A stretch of 63,872 nt of DNA, counting the filler, from Octopus bimaculoides (taxonomy: Eukaryota): the NCBI RefSeq assembly GCF_001194135.2. It is 7 parts of 7 records of this genome, joined end to end, with 100 filler letters (N's around TTAATTAATTAA, not from the genome) between each part and the next. Parts side by side here need not be neighbours in the genome. Positions count along the whole stretch, not along the records: positions 24,263 to 28,181 come from NC_068989.1; positions 28,282 to 58,361 come from NC_069007.1; 5 more parts are not named here. The stretch is one strand, 5' to 3'. This document shows, one piece after another, positions 27,892 to 38,754 of the stretch. The position numbers and the translations under genes were made by a program. Positions within the stretch are counted from its first letter, which is position 1. Every line of letters begins with the position of its first letter. The notes under the pieces were generated by a model that worked only from the letters and a program-made list of their open reading frames with translations, did not search any database and was not told where the DNA came from.

Positions 27892-29055
27892 GCGGCAGCA
27901 GCAGCAGCAGCAGCAACAACACCAATACTATGTATAACACAGACTTGTTTATTTGGAGAGAATTTAATTTATATTGTACTTGGTTAACCTTTTCTAAACT
28001 TGAATATATACTTAAACACATACACATATACACCCAGAAATATATACCCATATACACATATACACCCTCCACACACACATGTATACATACCAACTTCGAT
28101 GTATTTGTATATATGTATACATATGTAAATATATATATATTTATATATATTACATACACATGCATATACTGTGTATGTGCGNNNNNNNNNNNNNNNNNNN
28201 NNNNNNNNNNNNNNNNNNNNNNNNNTTAATTAATTAANNNNNNNNNNNNNNNNNNNNNNNNNNNNNNNNNNNNNNNNNNNNGAAATGTGAGAACTCCACA
28301 TTTTGTATGTTGCATGTGTATGGTAACATGCAGACAGATCGCAATTTTTTCTCAAATTTCCAGTTTCGTTTTGTGAGTGGGAGCCACCAGTATTTTTTCT
28401 CACATTAAATTCCGATGTAATTATAATTTATACAGTTGGAAAGATAGTCGCAGAAAAAAATTACATGGAAAAAATATCCATTTATCCATTTTTTAAATAT
28501 TATGAAGAAACGAATTTGCTAAGAGCAAATTTGTATAAATATACCCCAACTGTAATCCTCAAGGGGTTTTTTTTAATGCACATTTGCGTTTTGTATAGCT
28601 GAAGCTCGATTTGAGAGGGTTTTGGTTGCTACTTCTAGCAGTTTTACGACCATGTAGGTGCTTGTTTATACATAACAACAGAAAAAAAGGAAGGTAGAAG
28701 CAGAATTAAATACAGTGACAACCAATAAAATATAACTTGGCTTTACTGAAACAAATAAATGAACAATTCTTTCACTCGAGGTCACCAGATGTAAGGGCTG
28801 AAATTTATTGCAACAGCATGTTGTAAGATGTGAATGATGAAGTTTTAAGGAAATATTTATTTAACTGTTACATTATACAATACCTTGCCTCACCGGGCAG
28901 GTCATAAAATTGTAAAGCATGCGAAGTAAAAAAAAGTTAATTTCGGCCTGTATCTTCCTATTGTAGTAGTAAACTAGAGAGAGAGACATGGTAATGTGCA
29001 GGGAAGAGAAAGTTACATGTCGTAGATTTTCCTTGTATAGTACGTACGTACGTGT

Positions 29056-29422
29056 GGAGGCGCAATGGCCCAGTGGTTAGGGCAGCGGACTCGCGGTCAT
29101 AGGATCGCGATTTCAATTCTCAGACCGGGCGTTGTGAGTGTTTATTGAGCGAAAACACCTAAAGCTCCACGAGGCTCCGGCAGAGGATGGTGGTGAACCC
29201 TGCTGTACTCTTCCACCACAACTTTCTCTCACTCTTACTTCCTGTTTCTGTTGTGCCTGTAATTCAAAGGGTCAACCTTGTCACACTGTATCACGCTGAA
29301 TATCCCCGAGAACTACGTTAAGGGTACACGTGTCTGTGGAGTGCTCAGCCACTTGCACGTTAATTTCACGAGCAGACTGTTCCGTTGATTGGATCAACTG
29401 GAACCCTCGACGGAGTGCCAAC
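29056..29422 (+). mobile_element. tRNA-derived SINE family C, full-length
   Basis: A-box TGGCCCAGTGG in a tRNA-like head; a tail remnant recurs inverted at ~34770-34810. Confidence 0.75.
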
Positions 29423-29697
29423 ACACGTACGTACATACATACATGTTGTAAATATAGGTGGGAGATCGAAAATTAATTTCGGAACTTTATTTTCTTTTTG
29501 TATTTGCTTTCCTTTCCACACTCGTCATATCCAGTGTTCAACATGTAGAAATAAAAATCTAATCTGAACATAACTTAAAAGGAAGAAGTTAGCGTTGAAC
29601 GCCTGACGTCTTTGTTGTGAAGAAATAACTTATTCTATTTCGTATGTGTATTTCGTGTGTAAGATTCTTGATGTGGATACGTGTGTTGAAAGAAATA

Positions 29698-29860
29698 CAA
29701 TTAAACCTTGGGAGAGGCATTATGCCGGTTTATAAACACACGCACTGGTTCAGTCCTTTATTAATTTATAAACAGTATTTTTACTGTTTATAAATTAATA
29801 AAGGACTGAACCAGTGCGTGTGTTTATTACCGGCATAATGCCTCTCCAAGGGTTTAATTG
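29698..29860. repeat. Fold-back palindrome, ~80-bp arms, 4-nt loop
   Basis: Arms differ by about 3 mismatches and 1 indel; AATA on both flanks (29694-29697 and 29861-29864). Confidence 0.95.
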
Positions 29861-29861
29861 A

Positions 29862-30094
29862 ATAACTTATTCGTTTCGCTCAAGCGAAGTCAACTTTTGT
29901 ATATTTCGTTATTGCTATCACATTTCGTCGCAATATTTATTTAGTTACGCGGTGCCTCTTTGATTTACCATCGACTTCAACACTTGTTTCTGACTGTATC
30001 AAATTATGTTAGGGACATTTAACTCGCATCACCGCTACCATCATTGAGGCGAAAGTAAAATTATCAACGACTCGCCCGATTTGGTGCATTTCAG
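29862..30094 (+). promoter_or_regulatory. Predicted promoter and non-coding first exon of ZNF-A, donor TTTCAG|GTAATT at 30094/30095
   Basis: About 230 bp aligns with the reverse complement of 42599-42905 upstream of ZNF-B, including an identical donor; TSS not known. Confidence 0.7.
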
Positions 30095-30984
30095 GTAATT
30101 TAATTATATTAAGTGTTGTAATTAACTCATGTTTATAGGCAACTGAAAGTGACCGATCTGATGTATTAGAATCGGTGTTCCATCATCTGCAAGATTATTT
30201 GATTATCATTGCAAACTATGTGACATCATTAATTGGTTTTTCGACGCAATTCTGGATCAAGTACCCCTTATAATTATTTTATATTCTGTGCGATTCTCAA
30301 AAAAATTTTGCGTATTTCTACTCTATGTACAGGGATTTATATAATTGTGGAAAAAATATTTCCAAAATGTTTTTTTTTTTTTTTAAATCACTGTTTATAA
30401 TACTACAGTCCACATTTTTCGTTTTGGTGCCAGTAATAGACCATTAAATGTATGGCATTTCTTTCGGCTTAATGGGGAGAAAGATATTGAAAAGCGTCAA
30501 TACGTCAAAGTGACAAAGGAATGAGCAACGTATCGGGTGGTCAGATGTGCTAAAAATAACAGCTAAAGAATCCTTAAATCTCACACAAAAAATTTTGGGG
30601 GTGAAGAAATTGCATAATTGTATGATTTCTCGTATGCAGAACACAAATTCGGCAAAATTTTCTGAAAATTCTACAAAATTAAAAAGTTATGTGGAATTAT
30701 ATGGGGTTCTTAAAGCAGAATCCCGTTAGTTTTTTTTTTCCTCACTTTACAGAACAACTAAAATGTTTTAATCACCAAATTATGAGTAATTAATTTCTTG
30801 ACTTTTCGGGAGACATTCAAACGAAAAATGTATTATTTGTATTAATTTCACAACACACATTTTAAACATTTTATCATATATGGTTTACAGTCTAAAGTAC
30901 GTTTATGTGTGTGTATACATATACACACCTGTTACCTCTCTTCTACATCTATCTTGTACAATCATATGTTTTCTTTCTTTACAG

Positions 30985-31328
30985 TTGTGTTCAATGTCCC
31001 GTGACAACCTGCCATACAAAGATACCGATTCCATCAGAACATTTATGGATGCTGTGTTTCTCTGTTTTCATTGTAGATAACTTCAGTCAACTGTATCCAT
31101 AATTATCAACATAGAAATAAAAGTCATTTGGTCTACAATATGTGTACCACTTGGAGATGTCCCAGCCAGTAACAGATATTCTAGTGTTACATAGAAAAGA
31201 TATCTACATTGCATATTTTCTACATAAGTAAACAGAGTCCCATGATTTGGACATCATAAGACAAGAAACTGAACCATAATAGATTATAACCACAGGCATC
31301 AGTTTTCAAGAATTCCTCCAGAGTTAAT
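30985..31328 (+). other. 5' UTR part of the terminal exon of ZNF-A; acceptor TTTCTTTCTTTACAG| ends at 30984
   Basis: Polypyrimidine tract plus CAG, conserved in ZNF-B (TTTTCTTCCTTTCCAG|TTGTG at 40983/40982). Confidence 0.7.
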
Positions 31329-33503
31329 ATGGAGGATGGTAATCACTCAGACACTTCTAACACAAATGTTTCTGAGAATATAGATTCGATTAAACAGACA
31401 TCTGATGCTGAAGAACCATTATCTCATGGTAAGAAACCTTTATCCTCTAAAAACAAGTCACCTACAAGAAATATTAATTGTGAAATATGTGGAAAAACTT
31501 TTGAGAATTCCAGTAATTTAAAAAGACACAAAAGATTACACACTGGGGAAAAACCATTTAAGTGTGATATTTGTGGAAAGTCGTTGAATCAGAAATACCA
31601 CCTTATTGTCCACAAGCGTAGTCACACTGGAGAAAAACCTTTCCGCTGTGAATTATGTGGCAAGTCTTTTGTTGATAATTATTATCTAAAGGTTCACAAA
31701 AAGAGGCACACTGGACAAAATTGTTTTAATTGTGAAATATGCCAAAAGTTTTTTCCTTACAATTATCTCCTTGTTCTCCACATTCGTAGTCACACTGGAG
31801 AGAAGCCCTTCCACTGTGAAATATGTGGAAAGTCGTTTGCTGATAATAGTTTCTTAACAAAGCACAAGAGAACCCATTCTGAAGAAAAATCTTACCACTG
31901 TGACATATGTGGGAAATTATTTGTCAGTAATACTGTCTTGAAAATTCACAGAAGAATTCACACTGGAGAGAAACCTTACCATTGTGATATTTGTGGTAAA
32001 TCTTTTGCCATTAATAGTTCTTTAACAAGTCATTTAAGGATTCACACTGGAGACAAACCTTATTGTTGTCAAATATGTGGAAAATCATTTGTGGTAAAAA
32101 GTAATTTAACAAGGCATGAACGAATTCACACTGGAGAGAGACCATTCCACTGTGATATATGTGGAAAATCATTCGTCGACAATAGTGATTTGACAAAGCA
32201 CAGAAAAATTCACACTGGTGGAAAACCATTTAAATGTGAAACATGTAGGAAATCATTTGTCAATATGCATTCTCTTGGAGTTCACAAAAAGTTACACTCT
32301 GAAGGAAAGCTTTTGAATTGTGAAGTATGTAGGAAATCCTTCTTGGATAACTCTCAACTGCTTCGTCACAAAACAGTCCACACTGGAGAAAAACGATTCC
32401 ACTGTGAAGTGTGTGGAAAATCATTCAGGAAAAACTCGCTGCTTGTTGTCCATATACGTATTCATACTGGAGAGAAACCTTACCACTGTGAAATGTGTGG
32501 AAAATCATTTGTAGTTAAAAGTAATTTAACAAGTCACAAACGAGTTCACACTAGAGAAAAACCATTCCACTGTGAAATATGTGGGAGGTCTTTCATGAAG
32601 AACTCAGTACTTATTACTCATATACGGAGTCATACTGGAGAAAAGCCTTACCATTGTGATATATGTGGGAAGTTCTTCAGTGCCAATTCTTATCTTGTAG
32701 TTCACAAAAGAATACATGAAGGGAAGCCCTATTATTGTGATGTGTGTGGAAAATCATTCTTGATTAAGTCTCTACTTCTTCGTCACGAAAAAGTACACAG
32801 TGGAGAAAGACCATTCCAGTGTGAAACGTGTGGGAAATCCTTTTTGGATAAATCTCGACTTGCTCGGCATGAAAGAATACACACGGGAGAAAAACCATTC
32901 TCTTGTGATATATGTGGGAAATCCTTCATGGATAATTCTCGACTTCTTCATCACAGAGGCATACACACAGGAGAAAAACCATTCCATTGCGAAACTTGTG
33001 GGAAATCTTTCTTGGAGAAGTCTCATCTTGCTAGTCACAAAAGAGTACACACTGGCGAAAAACCTTTTTTTTGTGATATTTGTGGTAAATATTTCTCTTC
33101 TGGCAGTAATTTAACAAGGCACAAGGTACAACACATTGGGAAAAAAGAATTCCACTGTGAAATATGTGGGAAATCTTATTTCAGTAATGATGATTTAAGA
33201 AGACATAAAAGAATTCATGATGGAGAAAAAACATTTCACTGTGAAATTTGCGGGAAATCGTTCTTCGATAATTCTAATCTTATCGTTCACATCCGTAGTC
33301 ACACTGGAGAAAAGCCTTATCATTGTGACACATGTGAGAAATCATTTACCTGTAAAGGTGACTTGAATAGACACAAACAAAGACACACTGGAGAAAGGCC
33401 TCATTATTGTGAAACATGTGGGAAATCGTATTTCTGTAAAAGTGATTTAAATAACCACAAACGGTCGCACACTAAAGGGAAGGCTTTGAATAGTGAGACC
33501 TGA
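31329..33503 (+). CDS. C2H2 zinc-finger protein ZNF-A, 724 aa, 24 tandem Kruppel-type fingers after a 50-aa leader; CDS in one exon
   Basis: Uninterrupted ORF with 24 counted C-x2-C-x12-H-x3-H units and TGEKP-type linkers; AATAAA at 33601-33606. Confidence 0.97.
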   Translation: MEDGNHSDTSNTNVSENIDSIKQTSDAEEPLSHGKKPLSSKNKSPTRNINCEICGKTFENSSNLKRHKRLHTGEKPFKCDICGKSLNQKYHLIVHKRSHTGEKPFRCELCGKSFVDNYYLKVHKKRHTGQNCFNCEICQKFFPYNYLLVLHIRSHTGEKPFHCEICGKSFADNSFLTKHKRTHSEEKSYHCDICGKLFVSNTVLKIHRRIHTGEKPYHCDICGKSFAINSSLTSHLRIHTGDKPYCCQICGKSFVVKSNLTRHERIHTGERPFHCDICGKSFVDNSDLTKHRKIHTGGKPFKCETCRKSFVNMHSLGVHKKLHSEGKLLNCEVCRKSFLDNSQLLRHKTVHTGEKRFHCEVCGKSFRKNSLLVVHIRIHTGEKPYHCEMCGKSFVVKSNLTSHKRVHTREKPFHCEICGRSFMKNSVLITHIRSHTGEKPYHCDICGKFFSANSYLVVHKRIHEGKPYYCDVCGKSFLIKSLLLRHEKVHSGERPFQCETCGKSFLDKSRLARHERIHTGEKPFSCDICGKSFMDNSRLLHHRGIHTGEKPFHCETCGKSFLEKSHLASHKRVHTGEKPFFCDICGKYFSSGSNLTRHKVQHIGKKEFHCEICGKSYFSNDDLRRHKRIHDGEKTFHCEICGKSFFDNSNLIVHIRSHTGEKPYHCDTCEKSFTCKGDLNRHKQRHTGERPHYCETCGKSYFCKSDLNNHKRSHTKGKALNSET

Positions 33504-34082
33504 GAAGTCTCTCTGTTGCAAGTCTAAACTTTTAGTCTATCAAAGAAAATGATTACAGACGTATTTTTTTCACAACAAATGTCTTCCATTATATGTAAAG
33601 AATAAAAAGTTTAGGAAGGTATAACAATGCACTATAGAACAAAAAATGGACTATATACCTGTTGTAACTTGGTAAACTATAGTCCGATGATATTTCGGAA
33701 TTAGAATTCCTTCTTTAAATCTTATTTGCTGGAGTNNNNNNNNNNNNNNNNNNNNNNNNNNNNNNNNNNNNNNNNNNNNNNNNNNNNNNNNNNNNNNNNN
33801 NNNNNNNNNNNNNNNNNNNNNNNNNNNNNNNNNNNNNNNNNNNNNNNNNNNNNNNNNNNNNNNNNNNNNNNNNNNNNNNNNNNNNNNNNNNNNNNNNNNN
33901 NNNNNNNNNNNNNNNNNNNNNNNNNNNNNNNNNNNNNNNNNNNNNNNNNNNNNNNNNNNNNNNNNNNNNNNNNNNNNNNNNNNNNNNNNNNNNNNNNNNN
34001 NNNNNNNNNNNNNNNNNNNNNNNNNNNNNNNNNNNNNNNNNNNNNNNNNNNNNNNNNNNNNNNNNNNNNNNNNNNNNNNNNN

Positions 34083-34123
<41 letters not shown>

Positions 34124-34197
34124 AGCATTTAAGGCAGATGTTAAATGATGAAATATATATATATACACACAATGTATTTATATACACAAACACACAC

Positions 34198-34231
<34 letters not shown>

Positions 34232-34811
34232 CACACACACACATATATATAATATATACACACAATATATATATATATATACACACATTTTATATATATA
34301 TATTAATTATTAGTTCCCAAACCTTGATGCTCCTGAAATAATTAAAACATTCCAGAAGCTTAATTCTAGTGACTGTGGTCACATTTTTTCTTGTATTATT
34401 TAGAATTCTACTTCACTAAATGTTTTGATATTTTTAATCTTTTTTTTAATTTTCGACAATGTACCATGTTGGTTGATTAACAAAATCACAGTTTTTGTTT
34501 ATTTGTTGCTGCTGTTTAAGTTACACTTCTGGCGCCATTACCAATTATTTTGAATAAATTTTTTTCAGATATCAGTGCTTCCTTAGTGCTGTTGCCATAA
34601 AAAAAAAATGCAGCCAAAATTCTCTGTCACATGGTCGGCATTATGAAGAGCATCTAACCATAGGAATCGTGCCACAGTTGTGGCACTGAAGTAAAAGAAA
34701 GGCTCTCTGGCCCACCGATTCCTCTTGAGATATAGAGCCCATCATTTATGATGACAAAGGTTTCAATTCATTTGATCATCAGAACAGCCTGCTTGTAAAA
34801 TTAATGTGCAC

Positions 34812-34925
34812 ACCAGATTGGAGCCTGGTGTAGCCATCTGGTTTCACCAGTCCTCAGTCAAATTGTCCAACTCATGCTAGCATGGAAAGCGGACGTTAAA
34901 CGACGACAATGATGATGATGATGAT
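34812..34925 (+). mobile_element. RTE-like 3' tail repeat
   Basis: Ends GCATGGAAAGCGGACGTTAAACG-(GAT)n. Confidence 0.8.
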
Positions 34926-35544
34926 CTGATGTAGAAGCTGAGAATTTGAACTTGAGATCATACTAGTTGGATGAGCCGAATCTGCCACACTGGCTCAGCA
35001 TGGGTAACATCTTTTTTTTTTTATATTATACTCTCAACTAGGAGTAGTTAGCTCAATGTTGTGTGCATGTTCCTCAATTGAAACGTGTATCCTATCCTGA
35101 GCCTCAACTTTATATGGTAATTTGTCATGCATCTAATTCCACACGTACTTGAGTTGATGTATATTATTAAAACTGTCACAAGAATAAATATTTTGAGATA
35201 TCTCTGATTTTGTTTTCTGTTGTTCTTTCAAATGTGTTTTGCTATCCATGATAGCCTATGCCACAGTACATGTGGCACTATTCACGTATGTGCATTTTAC
35301 ATATGAATTTTCAGTTCCATGTGATTTACTGTATTGAGCTACTGAGTAGCTAGCTATTTGTCTAGTTTAAACACAATGTCATAAACTCTCTCTCTCTATA
35401 TATATATATATTAAACAATAGGGTAAAAAATTGAATATTAATTAATATCAATTTAATACCAGGTAAATAGCACATTAAAAGAATCAGGGAGATTCAGAAA
35501 AAATATCTGAGATCTCAAGGATTATCGTATATGTTTATATAAAA

Positions 35545-35728
35545 ATATATAAGAGTATATATATAAAGGAGGCCACTAGGTGGACTGCTAATATGCTAGA
35601 AGAAGATCACATGTCATGTGTCTATTAAGACCAAATAATTCTCAAAAGGAATTAATAGACACGACATGTGATCTTCTAGCACATTAGCAGTCTACCTAGT
35701 GGCCTCCATTATATATACTCTTATATAT
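35545..35728. repeat. Fold-back inverted repeat, ~80-bp arms, ~22-nt spacer
   Basis: GGAGGCCACTAGGTGGACTGCTAAT... / ...ATTAGCAGTCTACCTAGTGGCCTCC; arm related to 61610-61655. Confidence 0.9.
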
Positions 35729-35731
35729 ATT

Positions 35732-35900
35732 TATGGTGTGCTATGAGAATTTATGGAAAGGTATCCCATAGAACTCAACAAATTTGTTAAAACTGGAGAG
35801 GAGATGTTAAAATTTGAAATTCTAACATTTCTTCTCCATTTTTAACAAATATGTTGAGTTCTATGGGATACCTTTCCATAGATTCTCATAGCACACCATA
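35732..35900. repeat. Fold-back palindrome, ~84-bp arms, 1-nt loop
   Basis: TATGGTGTGCTATGAGAAT... / ...ATTCTCATAGCACACCATA; centre at 35816. Confidence 0.95.
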
Positions 35901-36054
35901 TACAAGTAATATTTTTTATATATTCGCAAAAACTTACGCCAGTAAGCTACCAGCAAAATATGAAGAATCTTTGTTAGAAATTGCCTTTTTGGAACCCTCC
36001 AAAGTAAAGGATGAAATATAATTCAACCTTTTCACACACACCCATGTATGTGTG

Positions 36055-36091
<37 letters not shown>

Positions 36092-36137
36092 ATTTGTATG
36101 TATGTATATATATATGTATGTATATGTATGTATGTAT

Positions 36138-36372
36138 ATCATCATCATCATCGTTTAACGTCCGCTTTCCATGCTAGCATGGGTTGGACGATTTGACTGA
36201 GGACTGGTGAAACCGGATGGCAACACCAGGCTCCAATCTAATTTGGCAGAGTTTCTACAGCTGGATGCCCTTCCTAACGCCAACCACTCAGAGAGTGTAG
36301 TGGGTGCTTTTACGTGTCACCCGCACGAAAACGGCCACGCTCGAAATGGTGTCTTTTATGTGCCACCCGCAC
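36138..36372 (-). mobile_element. RTE-like 3' tail repeat, well preserved
   Basis: Reverse complement of 36870-37105. Confidence 0.85.
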
Positions 36373-36827
36373 ACACATATATATATAAATATATATATAA
36401 TATATTAGAAAAAATAATAATCAGGTACTCAGATGTCGTGGTTTTGATTCCTGTTCTGGGCAATGTGTTGTGTCTTTTTTTCTTTCCATGTTGCTCCAGT
36501 CCATTCTTTAGGCAAAAATGAGTAATCCTGCTACAGACCAGAATCCCATCCAAGGAGGAACATACACAAAGAAACTGGACCCTATTCTCCTTATGGGGTA
36601 ATGAGGACTAACCATAGGCACAAGGCCTGAAAAATTTGTGGGAGAGGCTCAGTTGATTAAATATACCTGTTACCTAGCTTCTCTTCTGTTATAAATTCTC
36701 TGCTACCCCAACTTTTCCAGTCTTTCCATGCCGGTTTCTTTGTTCTTATGATACTGTCTACTTCACTGTTCCACCACCATGTCATCCTAGGGCTGGCTGG
36801 AACCTTTCTGCAGCCCCAAGTTATTTA

Positions 36828-37105
36828 ATAATAAGCCAGTACCGCTGGACTGGGTCCTGTGCAGGTGGCACATAAAATACACCATTTCGAGTGTGGCCGT
36901 TGCCAGTACCTCCTGACTGGCCCTCGTGCCGGTGGCACGTAAAAGCACCCACTACACTCTCGGAGTGGTTGGCGTTAGGAGGGGCATCCAGCTGTAGAAA
37001 CTCTGCCAAATCAGATTGAAGCCTGATGTAGCCATTTGGTTCACCAGTCCTCAGTCAAATCGTCCAACCCATGCTAGCATGGAAAGCGGATGTTAAACGA
37101 CGATG
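36828..37105 (+). mobile_element. RTE-like 3' tail repeat, well preserved
   Basis: TTGGCGTTAGGAGGGGCATCCAGCTGTAGAAACTCTGCCAAATC...GTTAAACGACGATG. Confidence 0.85.
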
Positions 37106-37334
37106 AAATAACAGTGTAAGTCATAAGCATCATTTTAACGTGTTAACTGCCATGGCCTGTTACCGGAACTTCTCTGTGATGCCACATACTTCGCATGCTT
37201 TTGCTCTCAGTGTAGCCACAGCTGTGACAGAAAGCGGTGAGTGTGGGTTCAACTTCTAAAGTACTACCTAGAAACATTTAGCACTCAAGTTATTTAAACC
37301 TTTAGTATTCAGATTACTCTGTCAAATGCAAGAT

Positions 37335-37672
37335 TTGGGTTCCACAGAGGCAAAGTGGCCGAGTTCCTTTCGACTGTCGGGCCTCACGGTGGCAATGACC
37401 AAGACCTTTGGCATTATATTGTGCTTGAGAAGACCCCTCAAGCTGAGCACAACCACAGTCATGGCAGATACTGCTGTCACGCAAATGACATCAGTGCCAG
37501 TGGCACGTAAAAGCACCCATTACACTCTTGAAGTGGTTGGCGCTAGGAAGGGCATCCAGCCGTAGAAAACCATGCCAAATCAGACGAGCCTAGCACAGCC
37601 TTCCAGCCCAGTCAAACTGTCCAACCCATGCCAGCATGGACAATGGATGTTAAATGCTGATAATGATGATGA
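37335..37672 (+). mobile_element. RTE-like 3' fragment inserted into a piggyBac-like MITE (37294-37765)
   Basis: Same family as 36828-37105; its flanks match the two halves of the 460-672 element. Confidence 0.7.
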
Positions 37673-38045
37673 ATGACATTGTAGGGTAGTTGTGAGAGGC
37701 CAGATCTGGCTGGTTTGAACATAAAACAGGTAGAATATTTAGGCTGGATATGGCCAGTTTAAATATCCTTGAGACATAACGAAGATACAGAATAAAATAT
37801 TTTCTCAAATTATGAAAATGTACCATCAGAGGTGCATGTGGCAGTTGTGTGAGGTTTGCAATGAACTACATGTGGATAAAAGTGCTAGATAATTACAGTG
37901 CAGTCATGTAGATACTCTGAGTTCAATCTCAGGCAAGGCATTAAGATAAATCACAAGACACCTGAAGAAGGCTGGAGTGTACACAGCTATAACATAGTGG
38001 AAGCAACAATCAAGATGAGGATACCATACCAACTAATATACATGT

Positions 38046-38316
38046 CAGTGGTTCCCAAACTTTATTGGGTCGCCGCCCCCTTGACACCCTGGCCACATTC
38101 CTAACACCCCTATCCCAAACATAGACCTCTTTCTGAAGTAAATTCAAAGCAACTATATTTAACAAATAAGACTTAACCTAATGGACCCATTATTCTGTTG
38201 TTTTTTCATGAATCGCTACCCCATTATTGCCCTAATTTTCTTCAATGCCCCCTTGGAACTTTCTCCCCCCCCCCCCCAGGGGGGAGGGGCAATACTGCTC
38301 AGTTTGGGAACCACTG
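38046..38316. mobile_element. hAT-like (Charlie-type) MITE, 271 bp
   Basis: Perfect 16-bp TIR CAGTGGTTCCCAAACT / AGTTTGGGAACCACTG; 8-bp flanks ATACATGT vs ATATATAT (6/8). Confidence 0.8.
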
Positions 38317-38339
38317 ATATATATAAATACACACACACA

Positions 38340-38475
38340 TAAGTTTCCATCTACAAAATCCACACACAATATTTTGGTTGGCTTCGGGGCTATTATAGAA
38401 AACACCTGCCCAAAGACCCATGTAGTGGGACTGAACCTCAGATCATGCGGTTGGGAAGCTAACTTCTTAACTTAA
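38340..38475 (-). mobile_element. SINE family A head, decayed
   Basis: Reverse-complement similarity to 43470-43600. Confidence 0.65.
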
Positions 38476-38754
38476 TATCTATGCCAGTGCCTACACTACA
38501 GTGCATAACAAAAGAAAAACAGAGAATGATATCTAATGAATTTTGCAATACAGTTTTATTCTCTTCAGTTTGTATTCATGTAGGAGTTTAAAATGTCCAA
38601 AGTAAAAGAGTTTCTCTCAAATAAGAATTCACTTGTCACTTGAATTCTATGAAAATAATTAACATAATTATTCACCACAATACATCATCTCCAGCGTGTT
38701 TATATTGGTAGACTGTGTTTACATATACAAAGAAGGGTTTCTTGTGTTTCAACA

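Noticed and set aside
29056-29130. tRNA-like heads with A/B boxes here and at 9790, 19690 and 43453
   Set aside because: They continue into SINE bodies and do not form full cloverleafs; not tRNA genes
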